Positions 40,641 to 53,714 of a stretch of DNA of 64,000 bases are shown here, in pieces (the first letter of the stretch is position 1; the number at the start of each line of letters is the position of its first letter). The stretch comes from Ruditapes philippinarum (Eukaryota): the NCBI RefSeq assembly GCF_026571515.1, contig NW_026866451.1:310001-374000 (forward strand), written 5' to 3'. The position numbers were made by a program, and so were the translations under genes. The notes under the pieces were generated by a model. The model was not told where the DNA came from. It did no database searches and was given only the letters and a program-made list of their open reading frames with translations.

Positions 40641-41777
40641 TAATAGGATCCCGGCTTTTCTGGCTGAATTGATTGACAACTTGTGTTTACTTTAGGACGT
40701 GTGCCTCTCATTCCAATACTAAATAACATACATGTATTACAACTTAATTTTGTATAAAGAGACATCTTTATGAAATCTACCTATCTAACATTTTGTGGTC
40801 AAGGTCATCAGGCCATATAGTAAATGTGCATAGGACAAAGGTTCTTTATTCAATCTGTTTACATGCACTTCATATATACTCATACTCATCTTGGTTAAAC
40901 TGAGAGAAACTTTATATGCCACTTTCAGTCAATGAGTTTAAGATTTTGAATTTACTGGCCCGAATTCTAGTTTTGAATTTATTCTACTAAATAATTAACA
41001 AAATTTTCTTAAATTTACACTGGCCTGAACTTATATACACTGGCCATCGGGCAACGGGCCAGTGTTGACTTCACTTTTATTTTGATGTTCGCTGAAGTCT
41101 ATTCAGCTAACAGAACTGTCATTTTTACATTAAACACACCCCTTGAAAAAAAAATTACAAAGCGAGTCGCTACTAGCTTTTTTAAAAGCTAACCTTGTTT
41201 GTATAATATATTGCTTTTCTTTTGACTTTAGTTTTCAAGAAAATTAGAATGTTAGAATAATGGTTTCATTGATGTAAGAACAAGTAAAGTTTTATTCAGA
41301 GATTTAGTCAATAGTCAATAGAATGTATCTATCTTTTTTCTTTTTGTTCCTGTACATTTATTTTCTTTTTGTTGTTTTTGAAATTGTTAACGAACATATG
41401 TTTAAAGCGACTATTCAGAAATTGAATACATATAATGTTTACTGTTTAGAAAGAATTTCTGGTGTTCTTGTACTCAGTTTTTCAATTTGTCATGATATTA
41501 TTCAAGTTGATTTTGTTTCCGTTACAGTATGTTTTTGATTGGAGGAATGGTTTATAATTGCTAATGGCGACATGTACACAATCCTTTTAAGTCCTGTCAT
41601 AAAATGCTAGAGTTTGTAATAATTTGTATTATTTTGCGGATTATTAGTGTTACTTGGTGAGGAGATGTAATTGCCTATAAGATTAAATCAATAAAATGCA
41701 TTAATTCTAAGATTGTAGACGATGTTACTACGCGTCAACTTATAATTATACGACGAATTACATCAGTATGTTGTTTA

Positions 41778-41940
41778 GGAAGCTATCCAGGTAGATTACG
41801 GAACGTCGGTGGTTCTACTCAGATGCCCGTTCGTGCCTGAAATAATGCACAGAAGGGCGTCTGAGGTCTTCCTCCAGCAGTAAAGCTGGAACGGCGCTGT
41901 GTCGATGTGACGTAAACCCCAATCAAACAAACAAACAAAT
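41778..41940 (+). mobile_element. SINE family B, 5'-truncated, (CAAA)n tail
   Basis: GTCGGTGGTTCTAC...GAGGTCTTCCTCC...TAAAGCTGG is shared with 58611-58870. Ends in CAAACAAACAAAC. Confidence 0.7.
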
Positions 41941-42874
41941 ATGATCGTGTATCTATAAAAACGACAAAATAACATTAAGTGATGTTTGAAGTTACAATTG
42001 GTATTAGAGGCTGGATTAAATAAGTTATTTTATCGTCTGCGTAGTAATACACTTGTTAATAACAGTACTGTTAAGCGGTGGATAGCATTTTGTTGCTTCC
42101 AAGACCAAGTAATTAAGCATGTGAAACTAAGCACCGTACTTTCTCAAAACGAAATTGGAAGTCTAGAAGTCTATGGACACAAGACACTTCCCAATTAGAA
42201 CGAACCGTGTTTTATTTAAAATGATATATGGGCATTAATACTTAGACCTTTAAAAACTTGAGAAACCTTCCTTCAATAATAAATTAATGATATTTGATCT
42301 GGTTGTTGATTCTGTGAACATTTTAAAGATGTACTATGCTCAAATTTGATATAAGAAAATATTGATAATTGCAACTCAGTATTTTTGTAAATTTAAAATA
42401 AACATGTTTTGACTTCACACAAAGTAGATATGTATTGTTTAAAATTTTACACATTATAGGTGGTCACAGTATAAATGTATAGAGTGTCATTAAAATACTG
42501 GCTGTTTTTTTGTTTTTTTTTGTTGTTGTTGTTTTTTCTTTGTTTTTTTTTTGGGGGGTGGGGGTGGTGGGGGCGTATGGTTTTTTGTTTTTTTTTAAGA
42601 AAAGACCAACCTACTTGACCAATTAATAAGAAACGAATCTTCCCACACATACATACATTTAGTTTATTTATTCTTTTATCCAAATTAGACATATTCAGTA
42701 AGATTTTCATAGATTTCAATAAATTTCTGTGCTCAAGGATGAACATGATATATCTTTAAGTTGTAAATATTTTATATTATAACATAAAGGTCTACTAATG
42801 TGGTCAACTCTATTACAACAATATACATGTATTTGACCAGTTTCATTTCATTATCATTGATATAACGCAAACAT

Positions 42875-43830
42875 GTCAATATGTCGAACATGATCAATCA
42901 ATCCAATTAATCAAGGTTGTTGGTATTGCATTCTCTTGTAGTTTGTCATAATAGTGTTCTTCTGACAGGTGCGCTATTCATAAAAGAATTGTATATTAAC
43001 CCTATTAGGATCAAACAGTATAAATAGAAATTGTCATGTTAATTTCTCAGTATTGGCTTTTCTTTGTAGGATAGATACAACAATGTTTTTCACAATGCTG
43101 GTCTCTGATAAATATACTTGTAACTGACTAATTAGTCTGCTTGCAATCTAAATAATTTTATTATGTAACAAATTGTTTTTTTTCTGAACAATTAATTCAG
43201 CAGCACATCAGCTGTCCTACTTTCTAACTTTCTATTAATTTCTGTTCGTTTCTTTTTGTTTCCATTCGTTTCGACACTCCTTATGAACAAGTTTGTATTT
43301 TTAGTCAGTCATTACTCTATAAACGTTAATTATTGGGCAAGGTTACACTTTAAATAAAGATACACAATCGCGGTAAATTTTCTATAGAACTAGTGTAAGA
43401 AAATGATTGCAACAAGAGATTTCAGTAAAAAAAGAAATTCCTCTGAATGTCATCATGATTTTAAGTTTTTAAGACGAGACCATGGCGGACACTAACAATC
43501 TACAAAACATAAATAACAAAATCCTATAGTTATAATAATTATTTCAAACTTGTATTTTTACATGTTAATTGCTCAAAATAAAGTTTAGATGTTTATATTA
43601 TAGTGAAGTACGTTTACTTCAATAAGGTTCGGTGTAAACAAATTTGCAGTTAAAAGACAGCAAATGGTTAAATAACGCAAATAAAGTAACATTAAAATGT
43701 CAGTATGTCGAGCATGCGCAATGAAGCCAATTAAAGCTATTGGTAATGCATTCTCTTGTAGTTTGTCATAATAGTGTTCTTCTGACAGGTGCGCTGTTCA
43801 TAAAAGAATTGTACATTATCCCTATCAGGA
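42875..43830 (+). repeat. ~130-bp direct repeat pair, 820 bp apart (42875-43010 and 43700-43830)
   Basis: GCATTCTCTTGTAGTTTGTCATAATAGTGTTCTTCTGACAGGTGCGCT is identical in both copies. Confidence 0.9.
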
Positions 43831-44926
43831 AATGGTTTCCGTTATCTGATTGTTAAACTGACACACCATCGCACAATTAATGCGTTTTATTGATTAACTT
43901 GTCTTATTGGTGATTAAGAAATTATAGACTGGAAAGCACTGCAGACATTATACAGTATGCGATAGGACTTTTGTTACATATTTTTGTGTTTAAGACGAAT
44001 GGTTGCCTTTTTAGGTTGGCTATCTACTTATGTATTTTAAAAGGTCATTTTTGTACAGATATTCCATACATATTAACACCACACTTGCCAACTTTCGTTC
44101 TTGTACTTTGCCGTCGCGCTAATTCCATATTATCAACGATAGCATTTAATGGTGAAATAGTATTAATTGGCAGTAAGGTATCACAGTTATAAAACAATTA
44201 TTCTAAACCTTATCTTTTCTTTTGAGAGTGTAAATTCTATGCCAATTTCCGACCGAATAAATTGCTGAGTTTTAGTTTCTACCTTTCGTTAAATTGGCTT
44301 ACATTTTGACTCAAATACACATTTAATTTGTACATGTTGAAACGTGCTAAAATAAAGTGTGTGTACTTTCCATCTGTATCCATCCATCTCATGAACAGAG
44401 TCAATTCAACTGTACACTTTAGTAGCCGGTGCTAGGGGGCGTTAGGAATATAGCACATTGCATCATCTCTCATGACTAAATCATACCAAGTCTACAATAT
44501 CCACCTAATTAATTTTGTTACATTGACCTTTAGGGATCCCCTATTTCGAGAATATTGATATTTATTTTGGCACAGATATTTCAAGCACTGTACAGAACTT
44601 TGTGCACGTGTACTTGTTGCATGGTTTTTGGCGATCCCAATATATTAACACTAACAAATGCACAATTTAAGGACATTTAAGTTCTTTTTTAAGTATTCAC
44701 TTGTAATCGCCAATATCACATTATATAAAATTAATAGAAATGCATACTGAACGATTTTCTTGTCGTGTTCGTTTTACTTTAATTTTGTTCAATTCCACCA
44801 AATTTATCATCTTGAATATTGTTAAATCAACCCTATAATATGTTGCTTGCTTTCACTATCTTCTAAATGACCTTATACTATTTTCGTAATTAAAGTTCTA
44901 TTAAAGACGTCGTTTAAAATTTAAAT

Positions 44927-45161
44927 GAGCCGCGTCACGACAAAACCAACATAGTGGGTTTGCGACCAGCATGGATCCAGACCAGCCTGCGCCTCCGCGA
45001 GGTCTGATCAGGATCCATGATGTTCGCTGTCAGTTTCTCTACTTGTAATAGGGTTTGTAAGCGAACAGCATGGATCCTGATCATACTGCGCGGATGTGCA
45101 GGGTGGTCTGGATCCATGCTGGTCGCAAACGCATTACGTTGATTTTGTCGTGACACGGCTC
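44927..45161. mobile_element. 235-bp fold-back MITE, Sola-type
   Basis: Almost fully palindromic. Termini GAGCCG...CGGCTC with a 4-bp TSD AAAT on both sides. Confidence 0.85.
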
Positions 45162-46827
45162 AAATGTCTGAGAGTATTATCCATATCCATAGACAGTCAA
45201 ATCGACTGTCAAATTATCGCCTGATCGAATGATTTCATTATTTCATTTATAAACGAATTAGTTTTGAAATAGCAAGTGTAAAATATTATAGTAAAATAAT
45301 AAATCAGTTTGGGCACTTAAAACAAAAAGATGTGCAAAGGATAATTAGGAAAACTATGAATTATGGGGGGCATTAAATTTTAAAAAAAAAACGTTTTTCT
45401 GTGCTATTAAAGCCCAATTTGAGTGAAAAGCGTTGCAATGCTTTTCAACTTTTGGTCATTCTTCACAATGAAAATTATTATAAAAACGGAAAAAGCGAAT
45501 AATCTGAAATTGTGTACACAAGTTATTGGTCTAAACCAACATCAAATGGAACATTAATCTCGAAAAACTATTTCCATTACCGTCGTGCGAAAAAGCTAAA
45601 TGGAGTCGCTTTGAAATATCAAAGTTTGATCAATTTATGAGAGGTGTGACTATTTGAGTTATTTACCTTTTATCGTGATAGATGAACTTTTTTATATTGC
45701 ATAAGCCGGTGCTTGGGAGGGGGCGTCAGATATATTGTACTTCCCATTATAATTTCATTATAAACAAACAAAATAAAACCGAGTCTGAGTTTTTTTCAAT
45801 TATTTCATTCGGGTTTCATTTATTTTTATATCCTTTTATTTTCTGAAGAAGACATTAAAGTCAAAACTTGTAGACTGTGTTGTTTTGAAAGTTTACATTT
45901 TTGCGATTTCTAACGTCATTTCACTCAAGGGATCTCTTCTTCTCAGACAGATTTTTGACATTGAGATCCTTAGACTACCCGACATAAGAATGATTGATTC
46001 TTTCTTCTTTACATTGTAGGTACAGGAAATAGAACATTAATGAAAAAATAACTTAATATGAGCTCGAACTGGTAATATTTAAGATGCAACATTTTAAGGC
46101 ACATTTTGTCTGAGAAACGAAATATATTTCCTTCTCTAAAAAGGGCAAATTTAAGTTTTATAATGATAAGGTAAAGGTTTAAGAACATGTAAGATGTATA
46201 TCACTTGAAAAAAGTAGCACAGAATGTGAAACTATTGGTCAAAAAAGTAACAAATCTAAACAAAGTATAGTATTTTTACTTCGATACAAGATACTTAATC
46301 ACTATAACTGTAGTTATTGACAAAAAGCAACAGAAGAAAAGGATGGTTCTGAGGCATAATGGGCCTTTTAAAAAGCTGTTGTTCGGTATATTGCCATACT
46401 GGTCAGTTTGTAAAACAATTCAGGATCCTTTCAAGCTGAATTCAAGAAAAATACATGTATAAGGAATACGAATTACCTTTTTTCTTACACAAAAACATAT
46501 TAGTCTTGAATATACCCGGTATTTGGTTTGTGTATTATTATTGAACGTTGCAACAAGTAGACAATTGTGTGAAGGCAAATTAAATCTGCTAGTATTCAAC
46601 CACGGGGAATATACCTAGGGAAATGAACTTAGAGCCAGCAGAATATATCAAATCTCGTAAATTAAACGAAGTTATCCTGGATTGCAAAGTTTAGGTAAAT
46701 CAATCTATTATTGATGTATGCTTCAAACATTTTAGCAAAGCTTCAAGATCAATCTTGATATTTATTGATAATACAGGAGTGCTCAAGGGTCAAATAAATG
46801 TTGGTCCTTGCGTGAACTGAAACATTT

Positions 46828-47062
46828 GAGCCGCTCCATGACAAAACCAACATAGTGCGTTTGCGACCAGCATGGATTCAGACCAGCCTGCGCATCCGCG
46901 CAGTCTGATCAGGATCCATGCTGCTCGCTATCAGTTTATCTACTTGTTATAAGGTTTGTAAGCGAACAACATGGATCCTGATCAGACTGCGCGGATGCGC
47001 AGGCTGGTCTGGATCCATGCTGGCCGCAAACGCACTATGTTGGTTTTGTCATTGTGCGGCTC
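46828..47062. mobile_element. 235-bp fold-back MITE, Sola-type, second copy
   Basis: Same length and termini; 4-bp TSD ATTT on both sides. Confidence 0.85.
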
Positions 47063-48018
47063 ATTTATGCTTACACTTGCCAGTTAGATGTAATTTTTTT
47101 TCTTACAGATTTGACTATTCATAACAAACGTTTTTCATGTTCTAAGTATAGATTAGCTATTTCTTAAGCACTAAGACATTATATAGATCTTAGGTATGGA
47201 GTATCAAGATAAGACTTTGACCATAAAACTCCACCATAAAAACCGTATATTCTTGTTCCTTGGGAAATTTAAGTTTCTGTAGACGTAATAACGTATTACT
47301 TGTTATCTGTTTTAACGGGATGATCGTCGGCATATGTGACAGATTCAGCATGCTTTTATCGTTAAACCGGCTATAAAATAACCATTATATCACGACAATT
47401 GCGTGATGGTGTTACATAGAAGACACGTATTTAATGGACCTTTAATGAGAAAATGGAGTTTTAAATAATAAGATGCTAGTGCAAGGAACTGTGGTGAAAT
47501 CATTAGGAATTTCTTAAATTATTTCACTGGCTGAAGAACGTTTTTATCAAAACATAAAAAATTTGAAAAACTAAATGGTGTCTTTGTCCTGGTTATCATA
47601 ATAGTTTTGAACATAAAAGGTGACCAAGATTATTTAGAAGCGTAATTTCAAAAAGGTAAATATAAGGAGAGCTTTCAGAGCTGATTATCATGACTAATGT
47701 TATGTCATATTCCAGTTACAGACATAACTTTAACAAATGCAGGTATTTAATTTTAATCTAAATCTATTGAAAAACAATCCAGTTTACTAAAACCCATGTC
47801 ACACCAGGACCTCTTAATAAAAGCATAAAGCTGAGGTATGAGCAGTTATTTAAGATGTCCCAAGCATCGCCAAAGCAATGCAGTAGCATTGCCAGTATAC
47901 ACGTAGAGGTTACAGAGCGACAGGTGAATAGTGAGACAGGGACATTACATTTAATTTGTTTGTTACATAATTGTTAAAATTATCTGAAACATAAAATACA
48001 AACACTTACATATTTCAG

Positions 48019-48235
48019 ACGGCTTCGTGAACATTTGATAACTTACGAAGACGAGGTTAAAAGACATGCGAGTCAGAAAAGCAAGTTTAAGAATGTTGAC
48101 CTTCGCCTTTGTAGACTCTGCTTCAAAACCAAGTTTGCTGACGGTATCGGGAAAGCTTGCTCCGACTGTCACAAACGTGTTTGTAATAAATGCGGCTCCT
48201 TCTCACAATCAACATGGAGTGCAAAGAAAAATAAG
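48019..48235 (+). CDS. RIMS-like: RIM/Fife-family exon: zinc finger part 1 (FYVE-related Cys8)
   Basis: tttcag|A CGG...AATAAG|gtaaat. Translates RLREHLITYEDEVKRHASQKSKFKNVDLRLCRLCFKTKFADGIGKACSDCHKRVCNKCGSFSQSTWSAKKNK. CxxCxKTKFADGxGxxCxxC is the RIM zinc-finger signature. Phase 2 in, phase 0 out. Confidence 0.95.
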
Positions 48236-48651
48236 GTAAATCATGTTATTTTGGTGTATTATAAGTAACTTCGATACTGACAAATAACGCATTTTATAAT
48301 ATGATATTAAATTAGTTAAAAGAATATGTTTTAGTTTATAATTCACAGCGAGTTCATCTTTGAGATATATTTTTGAAATGTTATTTGTACCATTAAGAAG
48401 TATTTTGATATATGATGGAAGGCCAGTCCATTCAGAAACTTGGCGAACGGAAGTATTAATTTAGATTATCACAAAAGCTCTTTCGTGCATATATGTTCAA
48501 AATTCTTAATCACATTATTACTGGAAATTATGCGACTGTTTTATTATAAAGTAAAGTTATGTTGCCAGAACGGGGGGGGGGGAGAGAGAGAGGGCAAGGA
48601 AATGGACCACTTCAGAAATTAACAATTTTGAAATATTTCATATTTGGTTAA

Positions 48652-48996
48652 AGTTGCGTGCCTCAGATGAGCTAAAATATTTCAAGAAAATTAAACTTGA
48701 GAAAAATATACTGAGATTTTAAGAAAAGTAAAAAGATTCAAGTAATTTAATAATTTTCAATGTTAAGTGCGATTAGTGGTCGATTATTCAGCACTTATGA
48801 ACATAGATCTACTGCGTGACTAACTCAGTAAGAGTTAACTTTGCAAATTTTGACCTCTTTTTGGAAATTTACATAGGTTGTAAGTCCCGTTTTTTTATGT
48901 TAAAATTACTTTCTTTGTTCACCACTTAATATTTACGTTTTAATACATTTTCAAAATTTTACATGAAAATAGGCAAGAATCTGGAGGCATGCTGCT
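48652..48996. mobile_element. TTAA-flanked MITE, Kolobok-type
   Basis: TTAA|AGTTGCGTGCCTCAGAT ... ATCTGGAGGCATGCTGCT|TTAA imperfect TIRs. Confidence 0.7.
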
Positions 48997-49068
48997 TTAA
49001 ATCTTTAAAATATCAATGTGACTTAGTAATAGTTTCTATAGTTAATATTTTTTAAATATGTAATTTAG

Positions 49069-49227
49069 ATAGTGAAAGGTAAATGGCGATGTAACATGTG
49101 TCAGATGAAGAGAGATGTCGTAGCTAAAACAGGTGTCTGGTATCATGGAGATGACGGACCTGTTATACCATCTCAGAAGTTCAAAACCAAACTGAGCATC
49201 TCTGAAATTGACTCTTCTGAAAATGAC
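49069..49227 (+). CDS. RIMS-like: RIM/Fife-family exon: zinc finger part 2 plus SGAWF-like motif
   Basis: tttag|ATA...AATGAC|gtaata. Translates IVKGKWRCNMCQMKRDVVAKTGVWYHGDDGPVIPSQKFKTKLSISEIDSSEND. WxCxxC completes the finger and TGVWY corresponds to the SGAWF(Y) motif. 159 nt, phase 0/0. Confidence 0.9.
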
Positions 49228-49294
49228 GTAATAACTTACACTTTCATTTTTTTAACATGGCTGACACTGTTTCTTTGTTATCGTCGAATTCTTT

Positions 49295-49297
49295 TTT

Positions 49298-49349
<52 letters not shown>

Positions 49350-49402
49350 GTTGTTGCTGTTTTATGTATGTCTGCGTGTGCGTGCGTGCGTGTGTGCGTG
49401 TG
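49295..49402 (+). repeat. (TTTC)n and (TGCG/TG)n microsatellites
   Basis: Directly visible. They explain the ERKK-, SFFL- and HTHA-type spurious ORFs. Confidence 0.95.
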
Positions 49403-51016
49403 ATACCAAGATCCATGCAAACTACATTTTTCCATATACAAATACATTGTTTACGTGTCCATTGCGACAGTGGGGAGTGGGGACTACGCATATCATTTTT
49501 AGAATATGAGTGTGCATATACGATGTATATAACTTTTCTGTTAAGAAAAGATTCTATAAATTTAACCTATTTTTGAAACCTAAAAATTTGCGGGCCCCTT
49601 GCCCCGGGGGTTTTAAACACTTTGGTATATCACACCCTTTTATCACCCATTTATTTTATAAAAAATTTAATTGTTCTTATGTTTTTCGCGACTCGCAAAG
49701 GGTTAAAATTTTTAAAAAAATTAAAATGTAAAAAATCATAAAGAAAAAATTTTCCAATAAAACTGTGGATAAAAACCACGAGACTATTTTTCATACATTT
49801 TATATTGGGAAAACCGGGTGCCAGGAAAGGGGCTGTTTTTAATTAATTTTTTTTTGTTTTTTAAAATGAATAAAAATTTTTTGGGAAAAAAAATTTCAAA
49901 AAATTAAATTTTCGTTTTAAGAAATTGCATTTTTTGTGTTTTAGCGATAATTGATTTTTTAAATTTAAAATTTTGCTTTCGCTTTTTTTAATTAAAATAA
50001 ATTTTAAATTTAAGTCGCATCCGAACTTTGTATTAAATATAAATCAAATATGTACATGTATAGTATAATCAAAAAAACTTAAAATACAATGTACATGTAA
50101 ATGGTCATTCTTATACAAGCATTTTACATGTATCATAATATACAATCCATTAAACATTTCTCTGTACATGTATATACTAGCTAATTTGAGAAAAAACACT
50201 CTAAATACACGGACTGGGTTTGTATCATTTTAATCCCAGAGTATACTCCTTTTTGAAACCTTTTTTTCGTCTTCACACGCTATTAAAAATTTATCTCAGT
50301 GGTGTTCATGGGCTCAATACTGCAAAATAAATATTAACAAAAAAAAACAACAAACAACAACAACATTAAAACTGTATGGCAAGGATAGCTCAGTTAATGA
50401 TAATAAGAACACATTTATTCCAAGATATCACAAACCTTTAGTTACTTTTAATCAAATTCAAACACAAACACAAAATCACAATACAAAATCAAAGAGAGAG
50501 GTTACATGCATTGTCAGATTTATAATCATACAATAACACGTGATAGATTTGATTAATAAAACATAGCTAGTCATTCATCTAGAGAAATATTTCTACTAAA
50601 CCAAATGTATTTTTTTAAAAAAGAAGGAACAAATTTTTAACAATTTATTTTATATATCAAGCCAGGTGTATAGCATTGTAAAATTTAATGAAAAATAATG
50701 TATCATTTCATATCATAAATAAAAACCAAATATCACAATCGATATAGTTTTACGGTTCAGATATTCCTCTAACAGATTCTGCATAAATTATTCAGGGACC
50801 TTTCATGCATACAGAACCCTCCTCCCCCGATACTAGACTAAAAATAAACATTGACGGAAATAAAATTGTATCAGTTCCATATTATAGATATTTTCAAATC
50901 AGAATAATTCATCGGATATAAAGTATGAATTTTAAATCATAAGTTAACACATTCAAAGAAAACTATTCAAACATTGATAAAGGAATAAGTTGAATGAACG
51001 GTGTTTCTATTTAAAG

Positions 51017-51144
51017 GGTCAGCATCAATTCTCAACCACCGATCAGACGCCGGAGAACGAGGACAGGGGGGAATCAGACGTTTTTTCTGAAGAATGTTCA
51101 GGTACATCACGACTAAAAACAACCAAAAGGCCTCCCAAATCATG
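51017..51144 (+). CDS. RIMS-like: RIM/Fife-family linker exon
   Basis: tttaaag|GGT...TCATG|gtaaat. Open frame GQHQFSTTDQTPENEDRGESDVFSEECSGTSRLKTTKRPPKS. GC-richer than its flanks. Phase 0 in, phase 2 out, which exactly bridges its neighbours. Confidence 0.75.
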
Positions 51145-51515
51145 GTAAATATAATATATTCTCCAGAAAACTACAAAATATATTGTATTTTTGATTTTGT
51201 AAATAAAATTTTATCCTGATGATATCAATAACATTTTCCATTTATAACAAACCAATCCAACAGAAAATAATTAATTCGTAACGTAAGACTACAGGTTCGA
51301 TAAAACTTGATTTGTTTTTATTTCTTCTTTTAGATTTTATTAGTTATTAATAAATAATTGCTATTACAGAAGACAATCTATCTATGATACGTAGTATCAT
51401 AAAACCATATACCGGATTATTTTCGCGTACGGCAAATTTCGCGATGTTGGCAGTTATCTTATTTTAGCGATGTTGGTGTAACTTTTATTCTTTATCATTT
51501 ATAATTACATTTTAG

Positions 51516-51656
51516 TTTACGGCGCCGTAGTATCTCTCAGTCTGAAGTAGATGATGAAATTGATGACGGAATTGATGATGAAATCAATATAGAACAGTTT
51601 CAGAAAGAGCGGCAGTTATGTCGTATGCAAAGGCATAGTAAACGATCCAGAAGGAG
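51516..51656 (+). CDS. RIMS-like: RIM/Fife-family linker exon (acidic then basic)
   Basis: ttttag|T TTA...AGGAG|gtaatt. Translates LRRRSISQSEVDDEIDDGIDDEINIEQFQKERQLCRMQRHSKRSRR. 141 nt, phase 2/2. Confidence 0.85.
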
Positions 51657-52593
51657 GTAATTTTGTCGGATTTAAGTTGGAGCAAAACCTCTAGAGACTT
51701 GCTTAAATTATGATCAAAAAGTAGAAAAATATCGTGTTTTTTTTTCTTTAATTCTTACATTTTTCATTCATGATCGTATATAAATCAGTGTGAACAGACA
51801 ATCTAACTAAAGTTCAGATCTACTTTTTTTTCATGTAGATCTGATAACCACCTTATATCGCCTTTTTGATAATTCGGATTTCCAGAAAAAGCTTTTTTAG
51901 CTATGCAATCAATCCGGTTTTTGCAGATAGGCATAAGAAGAAGAATCAAAATACCGTTGTCCGTGGAAGTTAAGCAAATTGTTGATTTTTGTTAAAAAAA
52001 TATATAAGAAGTAATTTTTTAAAAAATTAACGTGAAATAACAGAGTCAATCTTAAATGGGCAATATTGTTTTGCCAGTTTATTTGTCGGCTATATGGACA
52101 ATCGAAATTGTGAAAATTACCTACTCAGTATTGGTTTTTCAAGGGTTAAAATTACAAATTAGAAATCTCATTTCTTTCAAAATAATAAAAACTCGCCAAT
52201 GATTGGTTGTTGAAAAGACCGCGAGAAGGTGACAACCTATGAGTCAAAGTTTTGCTTTATTATGAGCTGATTTTAATCAGATTGTGCGAATAGATGAATT
52301 AGAAGTGCATTTCGACGCTTGAAAAGGCGAGACTAGCATTTAATCACCCAAGCGCCTTGTCATGTATATACTAGAGTACGGTATTTAATGTGGTCCTCCA
52401 ACACTTATTTTTAGTCTCACTTTATTTTGTCAGCCGTAATATCTTTCTAACTCTTGAAGTTTTATTTCAAATACTCCGTTGAATATGCAGAAACAAAATT
52501 GATATGTTGTACTTACATAATATTTAATGTACTGTACATGCATTTGCACGTATTTTAACCATTTGAACTTATTGTTTTTTTATGTTTTCTAAG

Positions 52594-53640
52594 ACTTCGA
52601 AGTGGGAGTATGTCTGAATGGAGTTCTTGTAGTAAAGACGGATACACGGACAATGAGAAAACGAAAGATGTATCCGGAAGTGACGTCGTCGCACAAGAAA
52701 ACAGTTCCACGGATTATTATCAATCTACGGACCAAGATCGTTATTCTCACAGCGACAGATCACCTGATGTTAAAGCAAAAAGTTATCGTTCTTCAAAACG
52801 AACACCATCAATTATGAGTCTTGAGGAAAATGTGCGCCATCGTGAAGATGGTGCAACAAGACATTCGAGTCGTTCACTTTTCCGACAGAAACATTCTTTA
52901 GATTATATGTGTGATCCAAGAAGTGCAAGTCACGAAGAACAAAGCCCAAGTAGATTAGATAGACGAGATGGTGCTTCAAACAGTGAATCAAAACCTGCTT
53001 CTAGAAATAATAGTGTCGAATCAATTAGACACAGACGTCAGAAGCATTCCGCATTACGTCACCAACAATCAAATGACAACATGCCAATCATCGAAATTTC
53101 AAAAAATCAAACTGATGATGTGCCTTCTATAAATAGCTCAAAGGAAAATCTTCATAAAAGGAATAAATCCAGTGGATTTTATTTAGACAACAGTCATTCA
53201 AGCGAAAGGGAGCAATATGCTTCAGGATATCCATGTGAACCTCGCATATCACGTGACTCAGTTTCTTCTCAAGATTCTAATTTATACCGAGAATCTCGTT
53301 TCTCACGAGAATCGTGTACGTCATATGACTCTATCGACATGTCACCGGTACCTATTGCTGGAACAGCGAGGCGAAAGCTAGAGAGACAGAATGAGACATG
53401 TTATAGCAGTTCATCAAGTATTTTCTCTGACAATAAACCATATCATACGAATGAAACGGCTCAATTTGAGTTCTCTGATGTATCTCCGTCCAAAGTTGAA
53501 AGTGTTCAGGATGAAATAGAAAGACAAAAGTTTGCTCAAAAGTTACCACGGAATATGAAGAAAGGGCTCACTGCCAACAGGCTTTCATCAAATAGTCTTT
53601 CTCCTGATATGGCCTTACACAGAAGTCATCGAGAAAAAAG
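52594..53640 (+). CDS. RIMS-like: RIM/Fife-family large low-complexity Ser/Arg/Asp-rich linker exon
   Basis: ttttctaag|A CTT CGA...GAAAAAAG|gtaata. 1047 nt, phase 2/2. Contains the 344-aa ORF 52610..53644 of the ORF track. Confidence 0.9.
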
Positions 53641-53714
53641 GTAATAATTTGAATTATTTCTTTATACTTTTAGTATTTCGCATTCCTCTTTAATTTTTTC
53701 ATTTTCGCCTAAAA

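Noticed and set aside
44935-47124. ORFs 44935..45156 and 46918..47124
   Set aside because: They lie within palindromic MITEs.
49228-49731. C-terminal part of ORF 49072..49509 and overlapping ORFs
   Set aside because: Read-through into the intron; the peptides come from (TTTC)n/(TGCG)n microsatellites and low-quality sequence.
52610-53644. 344-aa ORF as a standalone gene
   Set aside because: It is flanked by phase-compatible acceptor and donor sites and the stop lies in the intron, so it is an internal exon.
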